A stretch of DNA of 64,000 nt from Eledone cirrhosa (lineage: Eukaryota). The stretch spans positions 49,786,001 to 49,850,000 of the forward strand of contig OZ024752.1 of the NCBI GenBank assembly GCA_964016885.1, written 5' to 3'. A model generated the notes under the pieces. It saw only the letters and a list, made by a program, of their open reading frames with translations. It was not told the origin of the DNA and did no database searches. The translations under genes and the position numbers were made by a program. Of this stretch, positions 41,374-54,915 are shown piece after piece; the first letter of the stretch is position 1; each line of letters begins with the position of its first letter.

Positions 41374-41709
41374 ATGGCTTAGTGGTTAGAGCATTGGCCT
41401 TGCAATCGAAAGGATGTGAGTTCAATTCTCAGACCGGGTGATGTGTTGTTTCCTTGAGCAAGACACTTTATTTCACATTGCTCCAGTTTACTCAGCTGTA
41501 GAAATGAGATGATAGGGACTGGGGTCCCTATCATTCCACTGCAAAGTGGTTGTGGAGGTGCCACGGCAAAAAAGCACCCAGCACTCACTGTAAATGAGGT
41601 TGGTGTTAGGAAGGACATCTAGCTGTAGAAATTAAGCCAGCATCAGTTCCCATCCCACCCTTGCAAGCAGGGAAAAAGCGGACATAAAATGAAATGATGA
41701 TGATGATGA

Positions 41710-41712
<3 letters not shown>
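41374..41712 (+). mobile_element. Near full-length SINE S1 with LINE-type tail
   Basis: tggcttagtggttagagc...gagttcaattctc...cccttgcaagcaggg...(atg)n. Confidence 0.85.
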
Positions 41713-41750
<38 letters not shown>

Positions 41751-41751
<1 letters not shown>

Positions 41752-41936
41752 CGAAGGAGTTGTGGTAAGGAACCAGATGGACCATAATGCACCAGAGTAC
41801 TCAATACTTAGGGTAGTAGAGTGGGTAATAGGAGAAAGTATGACCCCGACGGCAGAGCTCAAGCCGTTTCGACGGCTATTTCTGAAATAGCCGTCGAAAA
41901 GGCTTGAGCTCTGCCGTCGGGGTCTTACTTTCTCTT
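41751..41936 (-). mobile_element. Family A fold-back element
   Basis: Palindrome centred at ~41883 (gctatttc t gaaatagc), TA-flanked. Confidence 0.8.
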
Positions 41937-41976
41937 ATATATATATATATATTTATATATGTATATATATATATAT

Positions 41977-42215
41977 AACAAAGAAAGTGTGGTAAGGAAC
42001 CAGGTGGACCATAACGCACCAGAGTACTCAATACTTAGGGTAGTAGAGTGGGTAATAGGAAAAGAGTCAGGACCCCAACGGCTGAGCTCAGGCTGTTTCA
42101 ACACAGCTGGAGCTGAACTGTTCAGATCTAGCTGTCAAAACGGCTGGAGCTCTGCCGTCGGGGTCCTGACTCATTCATATAACTATACACTACTACCCTA
42201 AGTATTGAGTACTCT
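41977..42215 (-). mobile_element. Family A fold-back element, long-arm diverged copy
   Basis: ~97-bp imperfect arms centred at ~42119. Confidence 0.75.
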
Positions 42216-42685
42216 AGTGAGTAATGGATAAAATAAAGTACCAGTAATGCACTGGGGTCAAGTTATCTGACTTTTCCCTTCCCTTCAACTTGCTGGTTTT
42301 GTGCCTAAAGTAGATCAAGATCAATTATTTTCCCTGTGTTCTTAATACTAAAGTAGGCATTAAAATATTTAATGAAATAAGCCAAGAAATTTTAATTAAT
42401 TAAAATTACACTTTTAGTAATGAGAACTATCATTTTCTACATAACTAATTCTGGTAAGAAAAAAAAGTCAGGGGAGATAATTCTAATTAATTGAAATAAA
42501 TTAAATATAAAATAGAGTGGGGTGAGGGTGAGCCTTATCATTAGTAATATATTGATAACCTTAGATATGTTTCTTCAACTTTTTCTTAGACCTTATGTCT
42601 CACAGTACTTTATCTTGATTTTTATCATTTTACGATCTGCTCTCTCTCTCTCTTTTTTTATTTTTTATTTATTTATATTATATAT

Positions 42686-42772
<87 letters not shown>

Positions 42773-42791
42773 AATATATATATATATATAT

Positions 42792-42830
<39 letters not shown>

Positions 42831-42836
<6 letters not shown>

Positions 42837-43180
42837 TTGGTGCTCTGAAATAGCGATATATATATATGAATGTATATATAGTGTATTTTGCAATACACTG
42901 TATGCTTAATTAAAAGCGTTTCGAAGACCTTACGCTATTGTTTTAGAGTAGTGACAGTTTCACTTACTTTAAATTTTTAGCAAACAGAGGGAGATAAAGC
43001 TGACAGAGCTCTGTTTCGTACTTTTTGTTACTTATCAAAGCTAAGTACTCCACCTGTTTGCTGAAAATTTAAAGTAAGTGAGACTGTCACTACTCTAAAA
43101 CAATAGCGTAAGGTCTTCGAAACGCTTTTAATTAAGCATACAGTGTATTGCAAAATACACTATATATACATTCATATATA
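42831..43180. mobile_element. Family C fold-back element
   Basis: ~127-bp near-perfect inverted arms 42861-42987 / 43054-43180, TA-flanked. Confidence 0.75.
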
Positions 43181-43422
43181 TATATATATATATATATATG
43201 CGGCTGGCTTATCGGTCAGTGTCTTCAATTTACAAAGCTGTCTAAACGTAATGTTATAACTCTAAGGTAAAATACCTTATTGAGTGCTTAGCTGCACACC
43301 CCGATTGCATTCACTAGCTTAGCTGCAGCCACAGCTTCGATTATACTGTACTTCCTTTTGTATATGTATATATGTATATATGCAAGCAGGGAAAAGTGGA
43401 CGTAAAATGAAATGATGATATA

Positions 43423-43632
43423 TATATTCATTTTATTAAGACTAAATACTGAGTTTTGTTACTCTGGAGTTTCTCCTAATTGTCACAGGGTCATGAAACA
43501 GTTTATCAGGTCATACCTCTGTGATGAATAGGCAAAACTCCAAAGTTACAAGACTCACTATTTAGCCTTAATAAAATGAATATTTAGACTCTACTTCGAT
43601 ATTGAGTACTCTCTTCCCTCAGTCATCAACCA
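43423..43632 (+). mobile_element. Degenerate fold-back element
   Basis: atattcattttattaagactaaata...tatttagccttaataaaatgaatat imperfect arms plus tail. Confidence 0.6.
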
Positions 43633-43674
43633 TACACACACACACATAATATATACACATATATATATATATGT

Positions 43675-43792
43675 TTATCCCGGGTTCAATCAGGGGTAAC
43701 CACAGTAAGTTAGAACTGTTTCATTTGGGAGAAATCATCAGGAACCCTAATGAAACAGTTCTAGTCCTGTAGAAGCCTTTCTATATTAAATA
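43675..43792 (-). mobile_element. Family D fold-back element with HHR core
   Basis: Minus strand ggttcCTGATGAtttctcccaaatGAAACAG; plus arm GAAACAGttctagtcCTGTAgaagcc. Confidence 0.7.
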
Positions 43793-44951
43793 TATATATA
43801 TATATACATTTCTAGAGTTTTATCGCATTTATTGCAAAAAAAACTAACAATAATAATTGTTTGTTTTTAATACTGCTAGACAGAATGTATTTTCAAAGAT
43901 CTCTCTACTAACTGTATTGTTGCCTGAAGCTGAAAAAAGTCAAACTATTTGTAGTGCCAAGGAAATTTCCAGGTGTGGTATTTTCTTGTGATTAAGCAAA
44001 TACAATTGGCTTCTTCTCATGAAAAAAAAAAACAGCAACAACAAAAAGATAAAAAGCCATTAATCTTATAAATCCTCGCTTCCCTCCCCCATCCAACATA
44101 ACATTTTGTCATACTTGGTAATAATAATGGATTACCTATTAGTATCAAATTGCCTGCAAATAATTCGATTTTTATGTATACGGGCAAATATATAGTTTCT
44201 TTCGCAAATTGTTTAATAATATCCTGTAGCCATCATTGTTTGCATTTTTGAAAATAGGTAAATTAAATTACAAACTGAATACCTATTTTTTGATATTAGA
44301 AAATACTTTAAATGTTGAAAAGCCAGAAATGTTTGATAAAAGCTTCTCTTCAAGCAATATGTCGCCAATAAAACTCTATTTACTGTTGTTGTTTTTTCAC
44401 ATTTTTTTTTTTATATTATTAGATTTTTTATCTACCTTTTTTTTCTCCCCCAAGAAGTTAGATGTTAATCTTTTGAATTCTGTCTCCAACATGAAATTGA
44501 AACAGTCTGCATTTGGAAAACTTTGCCAGTGAAATGCTTACCATTTTTTGTTTGTTTGTTTGTGTTTCTTTCCTATATATATATTAAAAAAAAAAAAATG
44601 AATTAGCATCTTAAATTCATTTCAAAATTAGTTATTAATCTACGTTGCAAAGTTAAGGTTTATAAATTACTAATAAAATTGTTTTTGATGCTTCATATAA
44701 ATAATATAGTTAACTTGCCTCGGGTTAAAACATGGAATAGTGTTAAATGAGTAGAAGAAACATATTCTATTAAACCATCATCACACAATGTAAACTTTTC
44801 AGGTTGTCGGTCTTCTGAAACTTATTATTTCAGTTGGTATGTAACGGGTTCTGATTTAGACACAAGGCCAACAATTTATTTTGGCGGGTGGGGTTGATGG
44901 GGCTTGAGATAAAAGTCAATTGTATCTATCTCTACCCCAGTACTTTACTGG

Positions 44952-45120
44952 TGAAGGTGCATGGCTTAGTGGTTAGAACATTAGGCTTGCAATCGAAAGG
45001 TTGTGAGTTCAATTCTCAGACCGGGTGATGTGTTGTTTCCTTGAGCAAGACATTTTATTTCACATTGCTCCAGTTTACTCAGCTGTAGAAATGAGATGAT
45101 AGGACTGGGGTCCCTATCAT
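44952..45120 (+). mobile_element. SINE S1 nested in a minus-strand SINE S2 (44860-44950, 45205-45330)
   Basis: S2 halves flank the insert; cagtactttact occurs on both sides. Confidence 0.75.
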
Positions 45121-45379
45121 TAAATTACCCAAGACACCTCCAACGAGATATACCTTGGAGGAGGCCAGTTAAATCTGCATAGATGTGAGCTGTCACAGAC
45201 ACAGTACTTTACTTGTACTTTATTTTATCAATCTCAAAAAGATGAAAGGCAAAATCTAACAGTAGCAAAATTTGAAACCAAAACATAGACAACCATAAGG
45301 AATACTGCAATGGATTTTATCTGACGACTCTATCAGGAGTTACGAGACCATATATATATATATATATAATTTGTATTAA

Positions 45380-45599
45380 CCCTTTAGCATTCACATTAGT
45401 CTATATGTACTATTATATGTTCATGGTAAAGGCTTTACCTCGCATAATTATCTCACATAATATCGAATCTATGAGATTTTGAAAGTATTTATTTTGAGAA
45501 CAATACCTTAACATCAGTTTGAGTGACCAGTTACAGCCAGTTTCAACAGAAAAAGGTAGAGAATTCTGGCCGGTTTTGGCCGATTTGAACATAGAAAGG
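45380..45599 (+). mobile_element. piggyBac-like MITE
   Basis: TTAA|CCCTTTAGCATT...GAAAGG|TTAA. Confidence 0.8.
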
Positions 45600-45702
45600 T
45601 TAATGAAGTCAATAGAACATCAGACCTGATGACTTGCAGTACCATAACATATGGTTCTTGGCATTCTAAGATCAAATCCTCCATTTTACTGGAATCCCAC
45701 CA

Positions 45703-46085
45703 ATCATCATCATCATCATCATTTTACGTCTGGGTGGGATCGGTCCTATTCAGCACGGCATCTCTCCATTCGTCACGGTCCTTTGTCATCTCCCCCGTGA
45801 GTTTCAGAGAACTGAGGTCAGCTCTCACCACCTCCACCCATGATTTTCGTGGTCTTCCTCTACTGTGTCTTCCTTCTACTGGGATTTCTTGGCACTTCTT
45901 TACCCAGCGGTCATCCTCCATGCGCATCACATATCCATACCTACACAGTCTTCTCTCCCGCACACTACAGCTTATCCCTCTTATACACAGTTTCTCTCTC
46001 AACTCATCACATGTCCATACCAACACAGTCTTCTCTCCCACACACCACAACTTATCCCTCTTATACACAGTTTCTCTCTCAACCA
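45703..46085 (-). mobile_element. RTE-clade LINE 3' end
   Basis: RRLCRYGYVMRMEDDRWVKK...EGRHSRGRPRKSW...DRDEWR, the RTE ORF C-terminus, then (atg)n. Confidence 0.9.
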
Positions 46086-47442
46086 ATAATAAAGTTATTG
46101 CAAATTGCTATCATTAAGTTGAACATAAGAAGGAGATTGCATATGTAAGTGGAATCTACTCACACATGATGAAAATCTTGCTGCACCTTTTCAAAGCATA
46201 GATCTCTAAGCATCTGGAGGGTGTGGTAAGACTTTCATCATTTTAATTCATTTTGTAGTTGAAATGTTATCAAAAGGTATGGTGACTTGTAGAAATAAGT
46301 AATAACAATGATGGTAGCAGTTGGGAAATAATTAACTGTTGTTTATGGTTATAGCAGTTGTGATGCTAGAAAGTATTTGTAACAGCAATGGAAGAGATTT
46401 GTTAGAATAAAATTTAGATGTAGATGTGGTGGTAATGGTGTGGAATGGCGTGGAGAGCAATGCTCTTCTTATTCATCTAGTTAATAAGTTGGTTGGAAAT
46501 TATAAGACATAGCTTTATCTCAATGCTGGGAATCTGAAGGCTTAAGAAGTCTTGTATTACTTTAAATGCATATCTGACTATTTATGAGACGACATTTTAA
46601 CTGGCAGGTTGAACCTGTCTTTGTTTATTATGGAAGGCTAACATCTAAGAGGATTTCAACGCATTACTGTTATGCTGACTAGAAACACTGGTGACATAAA
46701 CTGCAAGTTGGTCAACTATAGTAATACTGGCAGCAATCAAACTAATTGAGATAATGTAGAAACTGTGGAAGTAATTATAAGGACGACACTTATAAATTCT
46801 GCCATCATAGTCGGAGCATCTGGCAATTTATGAGTGCATTATGTTCCAGTTAACCCATAAATCAAAGTTTTCTAAATCAATAGAGATTATCCTGTTTAGA
46901 TCTGTAATACTGTCAAAGATATTTCTAAATCCCATAATTCACTGAAACACATAATACACTAATGGTGATGGTCAGTAACTATAATTCTATAATAAAATAT
47001 TGTGAACACCAGTTCCCATAATTTTTAATTATGTTGTTTGGTTGTTTTTTTTTTGTTTGGTTGTTGTTAATTTTTTTTTTTTAAAGAAAATAACATGTTC
47101 TAAATACCAATAAAATTAGTAAATATTTAGTTTATTTCATTCAAAAGTTGTTGATATTTATGAATAAGAATTTTGGTAAAAATTTATTTAACTCTGCCAT
47201 GGTTTTAAATATTGTCAATGGAATGATCATAAAGTAACCATTTAGTGTCATGTGTGAATAGGGAATGAATTTGAAAGAAATTATAAAACAAAATTTCATT
47301 CACAATTCTGAACTAAGTCTGTTGGTGGATAGAAAGGAATTCCATAGTTGGTTGTGAACAGAAGTTTATGATTTTAATAACATTCACAAAATAAAATAAG
47401 TTAGTGTTATGCAGGAGTGGCGGTACTGAATTATATATATAT

Positions 47443-47532
47443 ATGGTGAACTAACTGTTGTGTAACCACTTCTACCTAACTCGTCCCATGGACTGAGTGC
47501 TCTACCACTATGGATATTACATTCCAGTGTTC

Positions 47533-47615
<83 letters not shown>

Positions 47616-47736
47616 ACAAAATTTAATATATCATCATCGTTTAACATCTATCTTCCACGCTAGCATGGGTTAGATGGGAATTGTCTCACTTGAGGCAAGA
47701 TTGATCGGGTGACCGTGTCTCGCTCATATAGGACTG

Positions 47737-47799
<63 letters not shown>

Positions 47800-47970
47800 A
47801 TAAATATATATATATATATAGAAGTAGTAACATAACAGTTAGTTCACCATACTGAGAACAATTGTTTCACCTCTCGGTATGGTGAACTAACTGTTGTGTA
47901 ACCACTTCTACCAAACTCGTCCCATGGACTGAGTGCTCTACCACTACGGATATTACCTTCCAGTGTTCTA

Positions 47971-47973
<3 letters not shown>
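47443..47973 (+). mobile_element. Two family F copies (47443-47536; fold-back 47819-47973) around a SINE tail (47631-47735)
   Basis: atggtgaactaactgttgtgtaaccacttctacc...ccagtgttctacc twice; inverted arm 47819-47857. Confidence 0.75.
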
Positions 47974-48038
<65 letters not shown>

Positions 48039-48160
48039 GTGATGAAATACCAATGATCGTTGGCAAATCACTGATGAGGGACTCATTTTATAACATGTTA
48101 TCCATGTGCAACCATGCAGTATTCTTCTCCCCATATTTTTATATATATATATATATATAT

Positions 48161-48386
48161 ATAGTAATAATAATAAATTTGAAGACTAAAATCCAAAGAG
48201 GGCTCGATAAGGATAAATATATATCAAATATATAAGAACTGTAGAGCAAATATTTATTAAAATAACAGATTAAAGTTTAAGCAAAGAATCGCTGCTTTCA
48301 CCCTTAACGAGATCTTCAGAAGATCCCGTTAAGGGTGAAAGCAGCGATTCTTTGCTTAAACTTTAATCTGTTATTTTAATAAATAT
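48161..48386 (-). mobile_element. Family B fold-back element with HHR-like core
   Basis: 68-bp arms centred at 48318; minus strand CTGAAGA t CTC gttaa GGG t GAAAGCA...TGCTT. Confidence 0.75.
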
Positions 48387-48404
48387 ATATATATATATAT
48401 ATAC

Positions 48405-48480
48405 AAAATTTAATATAGCAATGGCTTCTACAGCACTAGAACTGTTTCATTCGAAGGAAATCATCAAGGCTTTCTTAATG
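48405..48480 (-). mobile_element. Family D fragment with near-complete HHR
   Basis: TTGATGA t TTC cttc GAA t GAAACAG ttctagtg CTGTA gaagcc. Confidence 0.65.
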
Positions 48481-48485
48481 ATATA

Positions 48486-48517
<32 letters not shown>

Positions 48518-49129
48518 CATAAATCAATAAAAATGAACTTTCCTAGTTAAGTACTTTAAGATATTCTCACAGTAAAACCTGAAACTCCTAAGAAAAGTTT
48601 ATCAAATGAAATATATTCTGACATCTTAACCAAAGCTAAAATAATTTATTTATTTATTTATTTCAAGTTTTTTTTTTGTTTTTTTTTTAGTTTTTCTTTT
48701 GTTGTTGTTGTTGTTGTTGTTTTGTTGTTATTTTGTTACGGGTTTTCATTTGTCTTAAGGATCATGAATAAACCATGTTTAAAAGTTGTGAAAGTAACAG
48801 CCTTAGTGCATGATTTCTGCAATAATGCATTTGCCATCCACCCCACCACCACCACCACCACACCCAGCTCACCCTTCCCCCCACCTCACCTCACAAAAAA
48901 TAACAACAACAACAACTAAAAAAAAAAGAACAGAAAAAAAAAACTATTGTTTTTTACCAGATAGTGTTAAATCAATTCAACTATTTCCAGTTTTAACAGT
49001 AAACTGGTATTTTCATTTCCAATTATTTCGTGTGTGTGTATGTGTATGTGTATTTGTGTGTGAGTATGTGTGTGTGTATGTGCATGAGTGTGAGTATGTG
49101 TGTATGTGTGTGTGTATATGTGTGTGTGT

Positions 49130-49160
<31 letters not shown>

Positions 49161-49195
49161 AGTGTGAGTATGTGTGTGTTTATGTGTGTGTGTGA

Positions 49196-49234
<39 letters not shown>

Positions 49235-50024
49235 TGAGTGCATGCATTTTGAGTCCCCCCCCCCCTCCTCTCTCAATTATTCTTTTGACCGTGTTGACTT
49301 TTATTACAAATCTCTATACTTCAGTTCTCGAACTTCAAATGGATAAAATAATAGTAAAATGGTAATAACACTAACACTAACACTAACACTAACACTAACA
49401 CTAACACTAACAACAATAATATTAATAATAATAATAAGAAGAAGAAGAAGAAGAACAACAACAACAAGAATAACAAGAATAACAACAATAAAAATAATAA
49501 TAATAATAATAATAATAATGATGATGATGATGATGATGATGATAATAATAATAGTAATAATAATAATAAATTGATAATAATAAAAAAAAAGATACAAAAA
49601 TAAACAAACAAAAAATTAGAATCTTGTCTTTTATCTTCTGCAATTCTCTTCCATTTAATTGGGACCAAAAGTTACTTTTGTTTTATATCAGAAACTTATT
49701 GTGAGATATCCACTAAGTTCATGTTTAGTTTCAAATCACACTTAGTTCAATTCGAAGTTGAATTGTATTTTTTTTTTTTTTTACCTTAAATCTTTCTTCA
49801 AATAAAACAATTCGGTTATAATTAAAACAACCAGAAAAAAAAAAAAAATATATATATATATAATAAAAAGAAAACTACTAAAAATAAAAAACCTCCAATG
49901 TTTTTGAATGGAAGCTTGAACAGTTTTTTATATATATATATATATATAATTTTAAAAAAAAATAAAAATAAAAAACCTCCATGTTTTTTAAATTGAAACT
50001 TGAACAGTTTAACAAAATAAACAA

Positions 50025-50074
<50 letters not shown>

Positions 50075-50436
50075 AAAAAACTAAAAATAAAAAACCTCCA
50101 TGTTTTTTAAATTGAAACTTGAACAGTTTAACAAAATAAACAAAATTTGATTGTGGTGTTTGTCACCATACTTTGCATGAGTGAGACAGATCTATTCAAT
50201 TGACTTGTTTTGACACTCTCAGATCTTTTGCCTGCCTCTTAAGTCAGCATTTAACTACTTTGGTGAATAACTCATCACAGCATTGTCTTCTGTTTACCAT
50301 TTTCCTCATTCTTATTCTTTAAATTCTCTGATTCTGATCCTTTATGTTGTCTCATTCTTTCTATTTACCATTCACTTTCATCTTTCTTTCTTTTAGTAGG
50401 CATCTCTCTCTCTCTCTCTCTCTCTTTTAGTAGGCA

Positions 50437-50485
<49 letters not shown>

Positions 50486-50572
50486 TAGTAGGCATATCTC
50501 TCTCTCCGACTTTTCTTCAACTTTTTATCTAGGCAATAGAACTTCTTGATTTTCATGTATGTATATATAATG

Positions 50573-50645
<73 letters not shown>

Positions 50646-50652
50646 ATATGTA

Positions 50653-50710
<58 letters not shown>

Positions 50711-50756
50711 TATGTATGTATGTATGTATGTATGTATGTATGCACATGTCTGCATT

Positions 50757-50932
50757 GTCAGTATCAGTAAAAGGTCGGTCGCCATGCTTTGACGTATAGA
50801 GTTACGGCCCTTGCTATTCTGAGTTCAAATCCCGCCGAGGTTAACTTTGCCTTTCATCCTTACGGGGTCGATAAAATAAAGTACCAGTAATGTACTGGGT
50901 AATTGCTGGCCTTGTGCCAAAAGTAGAAACAA
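50757..50932 (+). mobile_element. SINE S2
   Basis: gagttcaaatcccgccgaggttaactttgcctttcatccttacggggtcgataaaataaagtaccag. Confidence 0.85.
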
Positions 50933-51322
50933 TTATATTATGTAAAACTGATGTATTTTAAAAAGAAACTGTAACCTAGCAATTCCAGAAAGAGATATCG
51001 TTAATGTAATTACCTAATTAGAATAAGTAAAATAATAACATAATAACAGATCGTTACTTTAAACCCTCTTTTAATTATTAATTTGAGTTTACTGAACTAG
51101 TAAAATGTCTAAAGTCATCTAATGTATCTAATATGTAAATTTCTGTTAATTAATTACAAAGTTATATATTTTAACAAAAAATTAAATTACTCATCGTTGA
51201 ACCTTTTAGTTTTACGTTTTAGTCATGGCTAAAAGATCAATGGCGCCGAGAGAGTTTTTAGGCACACCTAGATTAATGAGCGCATCATCATCATCATCAT
51301 AATTGTCAGCATCAGCATCATC

Positions 51323-51354
<32 letters not shown>

Positions 51355-51536
51355 CATTATCATCATCATCTTTATCGTCATCGCCACCATCATCATCATC
51401 ATTATCATCTTCATAATTTAATGTCCTTCTTCTCTGTTAACAAGGGCTGTATGTGTATTATCAAGACTGGCACTTTGAATCACATGTACAACTCTTTTTT
51501 GCCAAACTGGAGCAATGTGAATGCTACACACACACA

Positions 51537-51620
<84 letters not shown>

Positions 51621-51624
<4 letters not shown>

Positions 51625-51811
51625 AACAAGTAGGACCCTGACGGCTGAGCTCAAGCCGTTTCGACGGCTAATTCATCCAGAATTAGCCGTCAAAACGGCT
51701 TGAGCTCAGCCGTCGGGGTCCTACTCGTTCCTATTACCCACTCTACTACCCTAAGTATTGAGTACTTTGGTGCGTTATGGTCCACCTGGTTCTTTACCAC
51801 ATTTCCTTCGT

Positions 51812-51812
<1 letters not shown>
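51621..51812 (+). mobile_element. Family A fold-back element
   Basis: Arms centred on aattc-atcca-gaatt (~51678), TA-flanked. Confidence 0.8.
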
Positions 51813-51885
<73 letters not shown>

Positions 51886-52192
51886 AACATATACATATAT
51901 AGTCCAATCATTGCTATATCTATATATAGTCTAACAATAGTTAGATCTCTATATATAGCAAAACACTAGTTATATAGTTATATATATATACTTATATTTA
52001 TTTAGGTTTGTTGGTTCACCACTGGATAGAACTGGTCATTCCGTACGGTCAACCTCGATGTAATATTATGGAGACCACTCGACGTAATGCAACTCACCCG
52101 TCTTCGTTTGCGTAGTTGGTGGTGCGAGTACGGAGTTAATTATTTTAAAATAACAGGAAGCTGGACTGGTGTAATTCCTTAAAAGGTTTATT

Positions 52193-52250
52193 ATACTATG
52201 AACATTTCAATGACTGGGTTCAGTATGAATCCGGTCACATCATCAGGTAT
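52193..52250 (-). ncRNA. Type I hammerhead ribozyme
   Basis: ATAC CTGATGA t gTGAC cgga TTCA tac TGAA ccca GTCAt t GAAA TG tt CA TA GTAT; AUA triplet. Confidence 0.75.
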
Positions 52251-52290
52251 TCAAAATATAACAAATTTGTTATATTTTGTTATATTTTGA

Positions 52291-52348
52291 ATACCTGATG
52301 ATGTCACCGGATTCATACTGAACCCAGTCATTGAAATGATCAAAGTAT
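52291..52348 (+). ncRNA. Mirror HHR copy with mutated cleavage triplet
   Basis: Same fold, but CAAA replaces CATA at the cleavage site. Confidence 0.55.
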
Positions 52349-53049
52349 AATAAACCTTTCAAGGAATTACACCAGTCCAGCCTCCTGTTATTTTATAATA
52401 TATATACATATATATAGTCTAACACTAGCTATATCTCTATATATAGTCAAATGGTTGTTATATTCTGTTCTATTCCAACAACTAGCATTAAGGGTTTAAT
52501 TTTAGCAAAGATTTCTTCCATTTTTTTTTGTAGTCTTCTAATTATTCCATCAACAATAACTGTCAGGATTTATTTTTGACTGTGTGTGTGTATGTATGTA
52601 CATACATGTGTGTGTGTATGTGTGTATGCTTGTGTGTATGTGTATACTGTCTGTGTGTGTATGTTTGTGTAGTGGTGGTGGTGGTAGTGGTGGTGGTGGT
52701 GATGGCGTTAGTGGTGGTGGTGGTGGTAGTGGTGGTGGTGGTAGTGGTGGTGGTGATGGTGTTGGTGGTGGTGGTGGTGGTGGTAGTGGTGGTGGTGGTG
52801 TGGTGGTGGTGGTAGTGGTGGTGGTGGTTGTAGTGGTGGTGGTGGTAGTGGTGTCAACAACAACCATTACTATAACAACACATACATATACACAATTTGC
52901 AAAGAAATGAAATAGTTTTATATTTGTGATATCTGTAATGGCATCTGTATGTATATGTATGTATAAATGTATGTATGTATATGTATGTATAAATGTATGT
53001 ATGTATATGTATGTATGTATGTATGCAAATATGGATGTTTGTATATGAT

Positions 53050-53140
<91 letters not shown>

Positions 53141-53259
53141 TTGCATGTATGTATATGTGAATTTATTTATTTATTTATACAAGTGTATATGTATGTGTAG
53201 AAAACAATGGGGTGTGTTGAATAATGCTTATAAAGTAGAAAATTGTTCTGATGTGGATA

Positions 53260-53570
53260 GGTGTGTAGATGTGTAGATGTCTAAATGAGGATGTATGTGT
53301 AGATGTGTAGATGTGTAAATGAGGATGTATGTGTAGATGTGGATGTGTGTGTAGATGTGGATGTGTGTGTAGATGTGTTAATGTGGATGGCTGCTGTGTA
53401 GATATGGCTGTGTATGTAGATGTGGATGTGTGCGTAGATGTGTTAATGTGGATGGCTGCTGTGTAGATATGGCTGTGTATGTAGATGTGGATGTGTGTGT
53501 AGATGTGTTAATGTGGATGTGTGTGTAGATATAGCTGTGTATGTAGATGTGGATGTGTGCGTAGATGTGT
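53260..53570. repeat. GT-rich minisatellite
   Basis: gtgtagatgtggatgt variants with a ~60-bp higher-order repeat. Confidence 0.85.
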
Positions 53571-53841
53571 AACGGAAATTTTTGCTTGCAAAGCTAAGAA
53601 CTAACCGAGCCATTGTTATATACTTTGAAAACATTTATTGAATAAACAATAAATATGATGGCAAGTGTTGACAAAAGGCAGCAGAAAAAAGCATATGGAT
53701 GCAGCCTTGGTACAAATTTCGTAATGGGGTGTCATAAATCTTACAGGTTTTTCATATAAGATGGTTGGGTTGGGGTGGAAAATAATTCCTTTTCAAGTTG
53801 TTATGAATGTGAAACAAAAATAAACACAAAAATCTTGTCTC

Positions 53842-53879
<38 letters not shown>

Positions 53880-54127
53880 GAGACAAGATTTTTGTGTTTT
53901 ACTTTTATATATATATATATCTATATACATACACATATACATACATATATATTATACATATTTATATATATATATATATACATACATACACACATACATA
54001 TATACATATATACATACATATATATATATATATATAAATGCACGCGAGACAAGATTTTTGTGTTTTACTTTTATATATATATATATATATATAGATACAC
54101 ATATATATACATATATATATACATATA

Positions 54128-54159
<32 letters not shown>

Positions 54160-54200
54160 CATACATACACACATACATATATACATACATACATACATAT

Positions 54201-54231
<31 letters not shown>

Positions 54232-54234
54232 TAT

Positions 54235-54265
<31 letters not shown>

Positions 54266-54502
54266 CATATATGAATATATGAAATATTCTAATGAGAGGA
54301 AGAGATGTAGGAGCTATAGAAGCAGCCATTAATGTTATAAAAGGAAGAAGGAGGAGTCAAATTCACAGAAGAGTTCTTATATGAAATATTTTTGACAAAC
54401 TGTAAAGAAAAAAAACAATGCATTGTGGGTGTATTTTCCAATAGCTTGAAAGATGTACATTAGGTACATGGTAAAGTAGAGAAACTGGCACAAAAACAGA
54501 CA

Positions 54503-54538
<36 letters not shown>

Positions 54539-54630
54539 TGTATGTGTATGTGTGTATATATATGTATATATGTACGTATGTAGTTTTGTATGTATGTGTG
54601 TGTATGTATGTATGTATGTGTGTGTGTATA

Positions 54631-54663
<33 letters not shown>

Positions 54664-54726
54664 TCATCATCATCATCATCATTTTAAGTCCGCTTTTCCC
54701 TGCTTGCAAGGGTGGGACACACATAG

Positions 54727-54815
<89 letters not shown>

Positions 54816-54882
54816 ACATAATGTATGTATCTATGTATCTATATATATATATATATAATATATATATATACACACACATGCA

Positions 54883-54915
<33 letters not shown>

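Larger units (their letters stand above)
52005..52397 (-). mobile_element. Family G fold-back element with two HHRs
   Basis: ~120-bp inverted arms 52146-52267 / 52276-52397 plus ~140-bp unique tail. Confidence 0.8.
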
